A stretch of 64,000 nt of DNA from Octopus sinensis (GCF_006345805.1 NC_042997.1:30318001-30382000), one strand, 5' to 3'; shown: positions 1 through 12,740, numbered from the stretch's first letter. The notes: a model not told the origin generated them from the letters alone. A program made the numbers and translations.

Positions 1-222
<222 letters not shown>

Positions 223-1117
223 GTCATGTTCGGATACAAATTAGCTAGGTGATGTTTTAAGCAATTTGATGATTACTCTTTTTCACAACAATGATTTCTG
301 TTCCTATGGAAGAGAGATATAACCCTTACCCTAATTACACTTATGGAAAAACTTATCAACTGAAGTTTTGCTCACTCATATAGTCACCTTGACGGAGAAT
401 CGCAGTGTATTGCTTGTGTACTCGTGAACAAGTAGCCGAGTTTGTAAATGACCTTTCTGATGAGGTCACATCTGAAATTACTTTTACAGTTTTGTCTTTC
501 ATCCGTAAAGCGTTATTAAATATTGATTCGTACGAACAAATCAATAAGCTGTATATTTGTCTTCAAACGTCAAGTAGTTAATCGTTGTTATAAAACTACA
601 AATGAAAATGGGTGTTTTTGCTTCTACTTTACTTTATTAAATTTTTCATAAAGACAGTACAAAGAATAAGGTAGCTTTGCGGGCTGGACAAGACATTAAT
701 GAAATGAATGATAACGTTTTCTGTTTTTGCTTCTACATATTTATTTGCTGATGCCAAACAAAAAATGGTTTGCGTAAACGAATGGCCCTGCACAGATCCC
801 AGATAAAAATTCCCCAAAACAGAAAAATAGCTTTTAGCCAACACATAGATACTTGCGCCAACAAAAAAACACCAAACTTCAGAATTTTCCCCCTCTACCA
901 ATTTAGGGACGATACAACCTCGAGACAAAGAATAAGTAAAGAAAATCTCTTTATTACAAAATACAAGCCACTTCTTAACGGGTCTACGACAAACAATTAA
1001 TATACCTCAACTTTAGAATAAAAGAAAAAAATATATATACACACACAAATACTACACTCCATAGAATCCATTACTAATCAGCCCCTTCATAGCTATATTT
1101 ACACCCATTCATATTCT

Positions 1118-1376
1118 CCCTTCTCTGTTTCTTTCTTCTTCTCCTTCTCCTTCTTCCTCTTCTTCTTCATCATCATCGTTATCATCATCATCGGCGTCAT
1201 CATCATCGCCACCATCATCACCACCATCTTCTCCTTCTCCTCCTTCCTCTTCTTCTTCTTCTTCATCATCATCGTTATCATCATCATAGTCGTCATAATC
1301 ATCATCACCATCATCTTCTCCTTCTCTTCTTCTTCTTCTTCTTCTTCTTCTTCTCTTCTTCTTCTTCTCTTCTCCA
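1118..1376. repeat. Compound (CTT)n/(CAT)n trinucleotide repeat inside the PLE tail
   Basis: Direct reading. It explains the spurious E/K/M-rich ORF at 1099-1377. Confidence 0.9.
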
Positions 1377-1727
1377 CCCCCTACCCCTTAAGTTTGTCAC
1401 TAATGTTTTTTAGTATAACACCTACGCTAATTCTATAAACAAGCCTGTCAATATAAATATTCTCCTGAATTGAACTGAGACTGCCAGCCGCCACTGACCA
1501 TTCAAAATACGACCATCAGGGCACTCCCAGATTCTCCCACCCCCCCTTTCCTCACCAGCCTTCCCTCTACTACCTTACCAAGAACTCACAACTACCTCGA
1601 ACACACAAGTGCAAACAAGGGAGTCAGAGAAAGGCAGAATGCCACTTAAATCTGAACACTACTATAGAAATATTCTTTTAAAAAAACTTTTCTTCTAATT
1701 TTTCTAAATTTAATTATTTAATCGTTA

Positions 1728-1765
1728 CAGTTGAAAAGGTCTCAAAATGACCGAAACCGGTACTG
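1728..1765 (+). ncRNA. Minimal type I hammerhead-like motif, U3-A8 core variant
   Basis: CAG TTGAAAA GGTC tcaaaat GACC GAAA CCGG TA CTG: 3-bp stem I, 4-bp stem II, palindromic stem III (ACCGGT), GUA cleavage triplet. Confidence 0.6.
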
Positions 1766-1817
1766 AAATGTTCACTATAAAATTATTTTAGCATTTTCTA
1801 TTTTTTACTTGTTTTTT

Positions 1818-1844
<27 letters not shown>

Positions 1845-1849
<5 letters not shown>

Positions 1850-1926
1850 ATTATTAGAGACAAAACCACTATTTTGCAAAACAAACAAGGAAAGACTTAT
1901 AGTGGTTTTGTCTCTAATAATATTTT
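1845..1926. repeat. Perfect 28-bp inverted repeat with 26-bp spacer
   Basis: AAAATATTATTAGAGACAAAACCACTAT (1845-1872) and its reverse complement (1899-1926). Confidence 0.9.
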
Positions 1927-3032
1927 AATATTTTACTATAAAATTGGATTTAATCCTAAATCTGATTTTTTCCCTGTAAATTTGGATTTATTCCCTAATA
2001 TTTATTATTTATATATATATATCCCCCAAATGGAGGTCAGCGATTGGTTAAAATTGCCGAAATGCTCGAAATTTCAGACGAAATATCTTACAAACTATAG
2101 AATTTTCTCAATGAAGCCAAGAGAAAATGATGTTTTATAAACACATTCTACCAGTATACGAAGTTTAAAACTTTTTAGTTACCTAGAAATTATGTTACAA
2201 AGTGCCGTTCAAAAGGAAAAGATCCCTTTTCTTTCTACGAAATGAGAAGATACGTTGCAGATCTGTTATTTTAACAAGTTGTATCTATTTATCACCCATT
2301 GAGACACATCTGCTCTACCGAATGCTCCTGAACCAGTTGTTATAAGTGTTCCATCCGTGAAGAATCTATGCTAGATGTGTCGGAACAATTGTCGTGATTA
2401 ATAATAAATTCTCGTATATTCCATCTTCCGCCACTCATTTACCATCTAAATTCTATAAAAAAAAACTTGATACAAACATAGGACATAAGTATCGACTTAT
2501 AAAGCTTTAATATAATTGGTAGTATATTATGGTTACAAACCGAAATACGGTGACCCTAACATATATAATTTGTTTTAAACGATTAGACCCAACTCGAAGG
2601 TGATAATGCTAGAAATAATAACGTGTAAATATTAGGCTAAAAATCTTCAACGCACCAGCATTTAATGTATTTTCCTACACTTTAAAAAAAATTATAAGAC
2701 TATATAAATTGATAGAATACAACTTAAATCTGACGTATTTTCATGAAATTGAATATTTTTCATATAATTCTCTTGCTTTGTGTTTTGCTGTATTTTCTTT
2801 TTGTAACATTTGATATTTTTGTGCATGTATTTGCTCTTTAGTGCAAGTGTTTCGAAAATTATTTATTGAACTATCAGTAGGAGCTATTTTATTATTAATG
2901 ATTTACAGTGATAGTTCACCGTTGAAATAAAAGGTTAGTTTAGTCGCTGCGGTTGAGGAAATCGAATAGCCCCACCACTCAAAATTTCAGGCATTATCAT
3001 CGTAATAGAAAGGATTATTTCTGGTTCTTCAG

Positions 3033-3245
3033 ATGGCGAGTTGGCCAAATTGTTAGTGCATCTGACAAAAATTCCTTGCAGTATTTCTTCCGATTTTATA
3101 TTCTGAGTTCAAGTTCCACCGAGATCAATTTTGCCTTTCATTCTTTCGAGGTCGATCAAATAAAAATCAGTTGAACCCTTGAGACGAAGTAATCGACATA
3201 TTGCTCACCCGAAACTACTGAACATGTGTCAAAATTTGATACCAT
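3033..3245 (+). mobile_element. Degenerate tRNA-derived SINE, family A
   Basis: Diverged GGCGAG.TGGC head, TTCTGAGTTCAA box B and the CCTTTCATT...GGTCGAT block shared with younger copies. Confidence 0.6.
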
Positions 3246-4117
3246 TGTTACTAGCTCTTATTCTAGTAGAACCTAGTGAGATAAAAGACTAAATTTGGCG
3301 TCGGATTTGATCTTAGAACGCAGTATTTTCGACGCTTCTGTCAACTCATTATCCATGAACCAGTTAAAATATATTAAGAGTTGTTCATAGACTGTAAATA
3401 CTATAAGACATTAACACAGGTCAATTGATACATGGTTCAATTCTCAGTTATAAGCAGCGGCATCTGTAAAGATCCACGTTTGGTACTGTTAAATTGTTGC
3501 ACTAAATTCTAATCTTTCGCTGTATATATTAAAGAAATGGATAGAACTGTCTAATTCTATATATAGTCAGAATTCTTGATAAATATTTATACTTGAACTT
3601 TTAAATAGGGTTTAATAATTCACTGTGTTGTCGGTGAGAAAGGGCCACACACTGCATATACATATATCTTTATATTTATGACTGAGCAGTGTAATCCATT
3701 CTCTTAACACTCATTCAACCGTAGATAATGTATAATGCTACCCAATTAAATACCTCACGCTGCGAACATAATATGTATTGATACTGAAAGATTAGCCCCT
3801 CCATTCCTAACATTTCTACACTCCGTCTTCACATTAATCATATATATTTATATATGAATGTTACGTTCGTCCGATAGTCGTAAAACCTTTTCTTCTGTTT
3901 ACTTATTTGTTTTCGTAATGCTTTTAGCTTAAGTACCTGGCCCAACCGGTTTCGAGTAGCATCGGAGAGAAGTGGGTGAAACTACGTGGACATTCCGGAC
4001 TACGACTGAAGAGGCAATTGGTTTCGAATGATCTGTGTATCTTGTTTTGTCCTGTTTGCCGTTGTCGTTCTATCGTCCTTTTATCCACATGTTGTTTACA
4101 CATATATATAATAAATA

Positions 4118-4252
4118 TTTCCTTCTCCATCCATGCCAGGATCATGAGAGCCGGTTTCCTGACTACAATGGGGTATATATTCTCTACTTGGACGGTCCGT
4201 CGCAGGATTACTCATTTTTGCCAGCTGAGTGGACTGGAGCAACGTGAAATAA
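4118..4252 (-). mobile_element. SINE 3' portion (tail type shared with 39443 and 56103)
   Basis: Reverse complement contains TTTCACGTTGCTCCAGTCCACTCAGCTGGCAAAAATGAGTAA and GAAACCGGC...GAGAAGGAA. Confidence 0.7.
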
Positions 4253-4288
<36 letters not shown>

Positions 4289-4293
<5 letters not shown>

Positions 4294-4665
4294 GGAGTGG
4301 TACGTAGCTTGCTTACCAACCACATGGTTTCTCGTTCAGTCCCACTGCGTGGCACCTTGGTCAAGTGTCTTTTGCTATAGCCTAGGGACGACCAAACCCT
4401 TGTGAGTGGAATTGGTAGACGGAAACTGTGTGTGTATGTTTGTGTGTCTGTGTTTGTCCCTCCCCTCCACCATCGCTTGACAACCGATGCTGGTGTGTTT
4501 ACGTCCCAGTAACTTAGCGGTTCGGCAAGAGAGACCCATAGAATAAATATTAGGCTTACAAAGATTTAGTCCAGGGGTCGATTTGTTCAACTAAAAGCGG
4601 TGCTCCAGCACGGCCGCAGGCAAATGACTGAAACGGGTAAAAGAGTAAAAAGGAAAAGAATAAAA
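4289..4665 (+). mobile_element. tRNA-derived SINE, family C
   Basis: CAGGAGTGG head, GGCACCTTGG.CAAGTGTCTT core and GCTCCAGCA.GGCCGCAG...TAAAAGAG tail; matches 45210-45612. Confidence 0.9.
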
Positions 4666-4855
4666 TATGCATATGTGTGTGTAGAGAGAGAGAAAGAGGA
4701 GGATAATGTTTCCATTGCAGGACTGTTATTGACTCTAATGATTTTTCTTTTCCTTACTGTCTAATTAACCCCACTTAACTATAATTTGTTCATCCGAAAG
4801 GTATTTTATATGACTGAAACAGTCAAATTTCTGTCCAAGCTAGGATACATATGAA

Positions 4856-5045
4856 TTTCAAATTTGGCACCAGGCCAGCAATTTCAGGGGAGAGGCTAAA
4901 TCCATTACATCGACCCCCAGTGCTCAATTGGTACTTATTTTATTGACCACAAAAGGATGAAAGGCAAAACTGACCCCAGCGGCATTTGAATTCAGAACGT
5001 AAAGTCGGAAGAGACACGGCTATGTATTTTGTCCGGCGCAAGACG
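4856..5045 (-). mobile_element. SINE family A
   Basis: Contains ATCGACCCCCAGTG...GGTACTTA...AAAGGATGAAAGGCAAA, the reverse complement of the family A body. Confidence 0.75.
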
Positions 5046-5224
5046 AAATAAAAATAGAATCTAAGAAACATTTTCAACTAGAAAAAGTCCTCAATAGTGC
5101 AGCAATCCGTCTAGAGTAGTTCGAAGGAAACTCCACGCAAAAAGGCCAGGATTACTCTGCTGTCCCCAAGGCATCGAAAGTACTCTCTCCCAATTTCTTT
5201 CCTTCAACAAAGAAAAGCATACCA

Positions 5225-5885
5225 AAATTAGACCCATTCGGACACACCATTTTTGCCAGTGGAATCTATCTTCGGTTAAATACACGAGAAGGTGGAACCT
5301 CCCAATCTACTCTCACCTTCCTTTTCAATAGTATTTGAAGTTGAAGGATGCTTAGCCAAATGGGAAAATACCTACCCTCAAACTCTTCAGACGAGTCCAT
5401 TTCACGGCTTCTTTCACCAAAGTAGAGAAACATTTATCACCTTTCCATACAAAGGGAAGGAGGTAGATCGATTTTCAGTGCAGGCATCCAGGTTCGTCCT
5501 ATATGTGACAGCAGTTGTCCGACAAAAACATACAAGTAGTTAATAAACAGAGACTAAACGATGGTATGTAAGACATTTTAGTCTCTTTGTATGCATCTCC
5601 GACAGGTTTGGCTATTGGCACTTTCATGCCCGAATAGCTTGTTTCAAATAGGTAAACTCTCTCTGTAGCATGGCAATGCCAAGGGCTTCTACAAATTGTT
5701 CAATCTAGAAGCAAAAGCTTAAACTGTTATTCTCGATACCCAGAATTAATCTCAAGCCATCGTCATTCATACCATCAACGACAGTTTTTTTCCCCTCTGA
5801 CAGTCTTGTCCATCTGCTACACCGCTGTGAGCACTTGGTAACATTCTAGGTGACAAAAGCCTAGTAACAGTCTGCGATAAAAGGA
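5225..5885 (-). pseudogene. Decayed L1/Tx1-clade ORF2 C-terminus
   Basis: Minus-strand fragments FYRRLLLG, LAWHCYRESLPI*NKLFGHESANSQTCRRC, QLLSHIGR, WTRLKSL and LKRKVRV align by eye with the Tx1 copy at 34130-34766. Confidence 0.75.
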
Positions 5886-6055
5886 AATACCAGTTATGTA
5901 GTATGATCTATTTAATCTTCATACATTTCCATAATTTGATATCCAAAAATAATAAATCTTTCAATTCCGACTTGAACTGATAGTATATTGATTGTTGTTA
6001 GGTTGTATTAGTTTTTATTGATTTTTGTTTTAGTAATATTATATGAATTTACGAA

Positions 6056-6260
6056 GGTGGCGAGCTGGCAGAATCGTTAGCACCTCGGGCGAAATGCTTA
6101 GCGATATTCCGTCTGCCGTTACGTTCTGAGTTCAAATTCCGCCGAGGTCTACTTTGCCTTTCATCCTTTCGGGATCGATAAATTAAGTACCAGTTGCTTA
6201 CTGGGGTCGATCTAATCGACCGGCCCCCTCCCCAAAAATTTCGGTCCCTGAGTAGAAAAT
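6056..6260 (+). mobile_element. SINE family A, full head
   Basis: GGTGGCGAGCTGGCAGAATCGTTAGCAC...GTTCTGAGTTCAAATTCCGCCGAGGTC...CATCCTTTCGGGATCGATAAATTAAGTACCAG. Confidence 0.9.
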
Positions 6261-7220
6261 AATATTATATGAATTTATTATTATTCACGTTGCTGTTGTT
6301 CTAGTCTCCATGTTCCTTTTGCTGTTGGTCAAGTTTAATTGTATTGTTAACAACATTCTTGCTATGTGTATTTAGTTATACATACATGTGCTTCTTTTAT
6401 TTATTTATGTGTATGTATATGCATAGCAGATACGCACAAGCAAACAAACATGCAAACACACACATATTCAGGTACGTGTATTTTGCGTACATTATGTATA
6501 CGTGACTGTTTATATATATATATATATATTCGTTATTCGTCTATATATACCTATACATATACGCGCTTCTAAGTGTTTATATATGTGTGCCTCCGTGTAT
6601 GTATTAATGAGTCCAGTGTCTGTTTCTCTTGCACAATGAATACGTAGTGTCCTATGTTTATTCTACGTCGTTTGTAACTGAGCTCCGTGTGTATCTGTTT
6701 ATATCTGTGATATGTTGTGTTTGGAATGATGGACGAGATAAAGACAGAGTGAAAGATCTGGGAGGATAGTTATTGACTGAAAGAGAGCAAGGAGGAGACA
6801 AAGTATGGGTGAAAGAGAACGATGAGAGATAAGTTGAGATCTAGATAGAGATTACGTGAGAGATAATAGGTGTGATGTTTCTTAACTCAGACATATTAAA
6901 ATGCATATAGGTATCTGCAGATGTGTGTGTGTGCGGAGAGGAGGGACAGAAAGAGAGACAGATAAAGAGACGAAAATTTAAAGATAGCGAAGAAGAGAAA
7001 AATGGTGACAGAGAGCTAGTATAAACACTAATCGCGAAGCTAAATGACTCTGAAAATTTATAAACATTTACCACCCACGAGGACTAATTCCACGAAAAAT
7101 GAAACGTCAGTTTTATACAATGTAGATAAATCTTTTGTTTACAATTTCATTACAAAAAACTTATACATAGGCGTGTATACATATGTACATATATATCACG
7201 ATAATATGATATATATATAC

Positions 7221-7251
<31 letters not shown>

Positions 7252-8912
7252 CATATATATATGTATATATATATGTATGTATGTATGTATAATGTACGGA
7301 TAATATTTTTAATACAAACAATTGAAACTTTATACTTTCGTTAACACCAGTGTGAGATTGTAAAAAACCAACAAAGCTCTTTACAAATCTCGAAGCAAAT
7401 ATCTTTCGCTTGCCAGGCGATCATGTTACTTGTTACATACAAACTCAGTTGGTGTTCTCCTTTTACTCAAATTTGGTATGAATATTTATCTATTTCAACT
7501 GAACTTTTAACCCCCTGAGTGTACTCACCTACTTCTCAGGTAAGACAACCGCTTAGATTTGCGAAGGAATGTCTTACAGTATATTCATAAATATGTAAAT
7601 GCTGTGTCGGAAGGAAAAATTATCGACGTTTCATGTGCATACCTTTTGTCAAGATGAGGAAGGGAGAAAATAGAATACCGAAAGAAAATCCCTACACAGG
7701 AGTCATAGTTATAAAACTGCTCTAATAAACACAATAACCTTTCGGTTGTTAACCTATTAAGATAATGCAACCATGCGTGAAAATAGATCTGTTCCCTACT
7801 GATGTTATAAGAAATTATGTCTTATAGTTGAAGGAAATAAGTGGATTGATAGGTATGTATTATTGGAGTTTAAGAGGATTACTGTTGTTTAATCCCAGGT
7901 CGGCCCTGTTCGAGCAAGCCTGTAATGAAATCAATACAAGCGGTGATCAGAATTACATCGTCCAAAATGTCCTTTATTTAAGACGTAGCTCAAAATTGAG
8001 AAGGGGATCCACAGCTTCAAGAAAACCACTGTGCTGTGACTTACTTTAAGCAGATGTCCTTCAAGTGATCTGCAAAAAAGTGGTCATCGACAGGTTTCGT
8101 CTATGTACAAAGCATTACATTGTTGCAGTAAATGACACAGCTGGAAGTTCAAGTGATATGGTCAACAACTTTGAGACTATATATAGGAACCTAAAAATTT
8201 ATGATGTTAAAACTGAGCGAGAGCTGACGGATGTTCCACGTTCAGTATGACTAGGGGTGAAAAAACTTCTTACTAGAAGTTCGCGTAGGACATGATCACA
8301 TCTAAAGGATGGCAATAGGGTTTCAGGAACGGTGGCAAAAGTATCTGGGTCAGACTGAAGAAGGCGGAAATCAAAACTGTATTTAAAAGTGTTTCTTTTT
8401 CAAAATGTAACAGCAGATGTACAAGATCAGCGAGAAAGAAAATAAAGGGTCAAGTGAGAGCCAGGTGGAAATAAAAGCCAGTGCTTCCTTTTGTAGTATC
8501 GAAAATTAAGTAATTAACATAAGTTCTCTTGAGTTAGCGATGGATAAACAAGTTTTTAACTGTAAACAGATATTTTTATTTTGCAAATTTTTTCCACATA
8601 TACAACATATCTCAGGATTTACTTCTATATTCTCTAAGTCTCTTTATCAGCAAAATACATTTATCAGCAGTATCATTCAAACTTAGCAGTATTTAATAAC
8701 TGCGCAAGTTGAAACCTACGCAGAATAAATGTAAACGAATAGCCGAAAGTTAGTTATAGCTCTATCATCCAACAAAATATTAAATAAACAGTTGTAAACT
8801 ACTGAGGAGTGGATTAAGCAAAATCACATCCCAAGTAAATGCATATAGACATGATTGGTGATAAAAATATAAATATTGTTTTTATTGCTGGCATTACGGT
8901 TTTCATTATCGC

Positions 8913-9301
8913 TTGTGGAGGCGCAATGGCCCAGTGGTTAGGGTAGCGGACTCGCGGTCGTAGGATCGCGGTTTCGATTCCCAGACCGGGCGTTGTGAGT
9001 GTTTATTGAGCGAAAACACCTAAAGCTCCACAAGGCTCCGGCAGGGGATGGTGACGATCCCTCCTGTACTCTTTCACCACAACTTTCTCTCACTCTTACT
9101 TCCTGTTTCTGTTGTACCTGTATTTCAAAGGGCCGGCCTTGTCACTCTCTGTGTCACGCTGAATATCCCCGAGAACTACGTTAAGGGTACACGTGTCTGT
9201 GGAGTGCTCAGCCACTTACACGTTAATTTCATGAGCAGGCTGTTCCGTTGATCGGATCAACCGGAACCCTCGTCGTCGTAACCGACGGAGTGCTTCCCCC
9301 C
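8913..9301 (+). mobile_element. Full-length tRNA-derived SINE, family B, with 12-bp target-site duplication
   Basis: Box A TGGCCCAGTGG and box B GTTTCGATTCC. TTTCATTATCGC flanks it at 8901-8912 and 9302-9313. Confidence 0.93.
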
Positions 9302-10171
9302 TTTCATTATCGCCAGCAGTAGCAGCAGCAGCAGCCCTGAAATCAATGTTTATTCTATAAAAAGGTATTGCAGAAACCCAGCTGCTACGGTTCAAATGTC
9401 GCTTTTAGCTAATTGCTACTATTTTACTAAGAAAAGAATAAATTGATGTTTCTCTACTTATCCATCTTTTACATTGACCTAATTCACATACTTGAAGGTA
9501 AAGGAAGTAGAGGATTGAATGTACCCCCGGACATACTGACAGAATACTTACCCTACACATACCAAAACGTTTTAAATAAACGAATGACACAGAGGTATGA
9601 CAGACAAAGGCTACCCAATGGATTTGAACGAAGCACAGAAATGAATATAAGTACAGTAGGTAATGAGGAGATTACTAACGATGTGTCGAAAAAAGGATAA
9701 ATAAAAAAAATTCATGTTTATATTTTTAGTCTTTTGTCAAATGTTTGAGAAATCTTTAAATAGACTTGGAAGACACCTGGTATTTTTCTGATTAAATAAA
9801 AGACATAATTTCTTATAACATCAGTAGGGAACAGGTCTATTGTCACGCTTGGTTGCATCATCTCAATAGGTTAACAACCGAAAGGTTATTGTGTTTATTA
9901 GAGCAGTTTTATAAAAACACAGGTGAGGATAAACTGAACGGAAAGTAATATTTAACAGACCAGAGTAAACTGAATGAATGTCAAGTTCAAGAGAATTAAG
10001 ATTAGGCCAAGTTCAAGACTTAAGATTTCTTTGTCTATGTGGCATAGTATTTAGGTGAGTATTCAGCTGTGTCAATGTTCTGCATAGCCCAATTAAAACA
10101 AATTTCCTAATTCTTTTGTTCGTTGCTTAGTTAGATATGCTTCAATATTTGAATGATGTAAAACAGCAACC

Positions 10172-11245
10172 TAGTAGAATCACCAGGCAAAATACTTAGC
10201 GGTATCTCGTCCGCCGTTACGATCTGAGTTCAAATTCCGCCGAGGTCGACTTTGCTTTTCATCCTTTCGGGGTCGATAAATTAAGTACCAGTTACGCACT
10301 GGGTCGATACAATCGACTTCATCCGTTTGTTTGTCCTCTCTGTGTTTAGCCCCTTGTGGGTAGTAAAGAAATAGGTATTTCGTCCGCCGCTGCATTCTGA
10401 GTTCAAATTCCGCCGAGGTCGACTTTACCTTTCATCCTTTCGGGGTCGATAAATTAAGTACCAGTTACGCACTGAGGTCGATGTAATCGACTTAATCCGT
10501 TTGTCTGTACTCGTTTGTCCCCTCTATGTCCAGCCCCTTCTGGGTAGTAAAGAAATAGGTATTTCGTCTGCCGCTACGTTCTGAGTTCAAATTCCGCCGA
10601 GGTCAACTTTGCCTTTCATCCTTTCGGGGTGGATTAAATAAGTACCAGCTACGCACTGGGGTCGATATAATCGACTTAATCCGTATGTTTGTCCTTGTTT
10701 GTCCTCTCTGTTTTTAGCCCCTTGTGGGTAGTAAAGAATAGGTATTTCGTCCGCCGCTGCATTCTGAGTTCAAATTCCGCCGAGGTCGACTTTACCTTTC
10801 ATCCTTTCGGGGTCGATAAATTAAGTACCAGTTACGCACTGAGGTCGATGTAATCGACTTAATCCGTTTGTCTGTACTCGTTTGTCCCCTCTATGTCCAG
10901 CCCCTTCTGGGTAGTAAAGAAATAGGTATTTCGTCTGCCGCTACGTTCTGAGTTCAAATTCCGCCGAGGTCAACTTTGCCTTTCATCTTTTCGGGGTGGA
11001 TTAAATAAGTACCAGTTATAAGTACTTAATCCGTGTGTCGACTTTGCCTTTCATCCTTTCGGGGCTGATTAAATAAGTACCAGCTACGCACTGGGGTCGA
11101 TATAATCGACTTAATCCGTATGTTTGTCCTTGTTTGTCCTCTCTGTTTTTAGCCCCTTGTGGGTAGTAAAGAAATGGGTATTTCGTACGTCTTCACGTTT
11201 TGAGTTCAAATTCCTCCAGGGTCGACTTTGCTTTTCATCCTTTCA
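10172..11245 (+). repeat. Tandem array of head-less SINE A units (~183 bp, 367-bp higher-order dimer)
   Basis: GGTATTTCGT unit starts at about 10201, 10374, 10558, 10741, 10925 and 11177. Unit 2 matches unit 4 and unit 3 matches unit 5 in diagnostic variants. Confidence 0.92.
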
Positions 11246-11359
11246 AAGTTGAGCACTATGGTCGATTTAATCGACCTATCCATCCACCCGAACTTACTGG
11301 CATTGTGCCAAAATTTGGAACCAATATTTGAATGATGTAAATATATTGATTTCAAATTA

Positions 11360-11565
11360 TGGTACCAGTCCAGCAATTTCGTGGGATTGGACAAGCTGAT
11401 TACATCGACCCCAGCGCTCGACTGGTACATATTTCGTAGACTTCGAAAGGATGAAATCAGAGAAGAGCAGACCTCGGAGGTATTTGCACTCAGAACGTAA
11501 AAATAGACGAAATGCTGCTAAGCATTTTATCCAGTGCGCAAATGATTCTGCCAGCTCGTCAGCGT
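11360..11565 (-). mobile_element. SINE family A (older copy)
   Basis: ATCGACCCCAG...GAAAGGATGAAA...CTCAGAACGTAA...CTGCCAGCTCG. Confidence 0.65.
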
Positions 11566-12740
11566 GAATAATGTAAATATATTAATTCGAAATATGACAA
11601 TATAATGGGATTAAGGATATTTTACTAGCTGCTATATTGTCAATTTTGGCAAATGAGTTAACTTTCAGTATTAAGCACAATATACCTCCCACATGTAGTA
11701 ATAATATCGACAGTAAATTGCTCCACAAGGTTATTTTCTCTTTCATAAACGCTTCTCAGACAGTGCAGTGTAGGTTTTTATTTTTAATTTAGAAAATCAG
11801 CACTAATTCGACAAAAATGTGTTACACATTTTGTATGTATTATACATTTCTTCCGAGGCACAAGTCCGGATAAGGTTGTTTACGGGACACCAGCAGTCAC
11901 CCATGCTTAACAGCCTCCCCTCTCCATGCCAGAGATTTATTATTGCATATATTGGATTTTTCAATGGTTTCCATTTTAACGAACAGAAAGATCCTGTATA
12001 ACTTTCTTCATGGACAATGACCAGCAATAAACTTCAAAAGCAATTGACGAGAATGATTGTTTCTAAGTTAGGTACAAGACCAAGGAGGAGAACTAGTTGA
12101 TATCATCGACCTTCCACTCTCCCAAATACTTGACGAGTACTTTAAGCACAGAATGTAAAATGTTGAGACAGAAACCGCAAAGTTATTTAACACCATAACT
12201 ATTCCGTTTAGATACAAAGAAGAAAAGGTTTCTTGCAAAACATTCAAATAAATACCAGTATTTGACTGATACTATTTTATAGACCAGATAATGATGACAT
12301 GTGCAGACGAATGCATCAGAATTTAAACTCGAAATATAAAGGGAGGTAATTAAATATTGGAAGACTTTTCGTTCACAGCTGTCCAGACTTTGTCTCAGAG
12401 AAGTTCTTTCTAATTCAGGCACAAGGCCAGCAAGTTTGAGGAGACAAGAGTTTGTTGATGCCATCAACTCCGGTACTTGGCTGGTACCTTGTTTTATCGC
12501 TGTCGGTGGAATCTGAACTCAGAATGTAGACGAGGAAGCGGAACCATGTAAATTATTTTTCCGATGCGCTAAGGATTGTGCAATAATAATTATTTCTAAC
12601 ATAGGTACAAGGGAAGAAATGGTGAGATAGAGAAACAGTATTTGATTGGTTCATTATTTTATCTACCTCAAAGGGATAAAAGGCAAAGTTGATCCCGGCA
12701 AGATTTGAATTCGGAACATAAAGAGTAGTGTCTGAATATC

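Larger units (their letters stand above)
753..1818 (+). mobile_element. 5'-truncated Penelope-like element: GIY-YIG endonuclease C-terminus plus 3' non-coding region
   Basis: 753-1000 reads QTKNGLRKRMALHRSQIKIPQNRKIAFSQHIDTCANKKTPNFRIFPLYQF...KYKPLLN, clearly homologous to the endonuclease end of the PLE at 22633-23769. It is followed by a simple-repeat-rich tail, a hammerhead-like motif and (TA)n. Confidence 0.85.

Noticed and set aside
456-490. CTGATGA...GAAA at ~456-480 as a hammerhead
   Set aside because: Stem II pairs poorly, and no stem I or UH site can be formed.
405-581. Open frame AVYCLCTREQVAEFVNDLSDEV...LQTSSS* as an exon
   Set aside because: No recognisable homology and no convincing splice sites.
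1099-1377. 92-aa E/K/M-rich ORF
   Set aside because: It is the antisense reading of a CTT/CAT trinucleotide repeat.
3995-4035. GACTGAAGA...TTCGAATG here and at ~25920-25945 as hammerheads
   Set aside because: GAAT replaces GAAA and the stems are inconsistent; at most these are heavily decayed relatives.
8200-8340. TDVPRSV*LGVKK as a hAT transposase TDGA motif
   Set aside because: The similarity is too short, with no supporting motifs or TIRs.
8917-8990. SINE heads as genuine tRNA genes
   Set aside because: Boxes A and B are present, but the acceptor stem is not closed and each continues into a SINE body.
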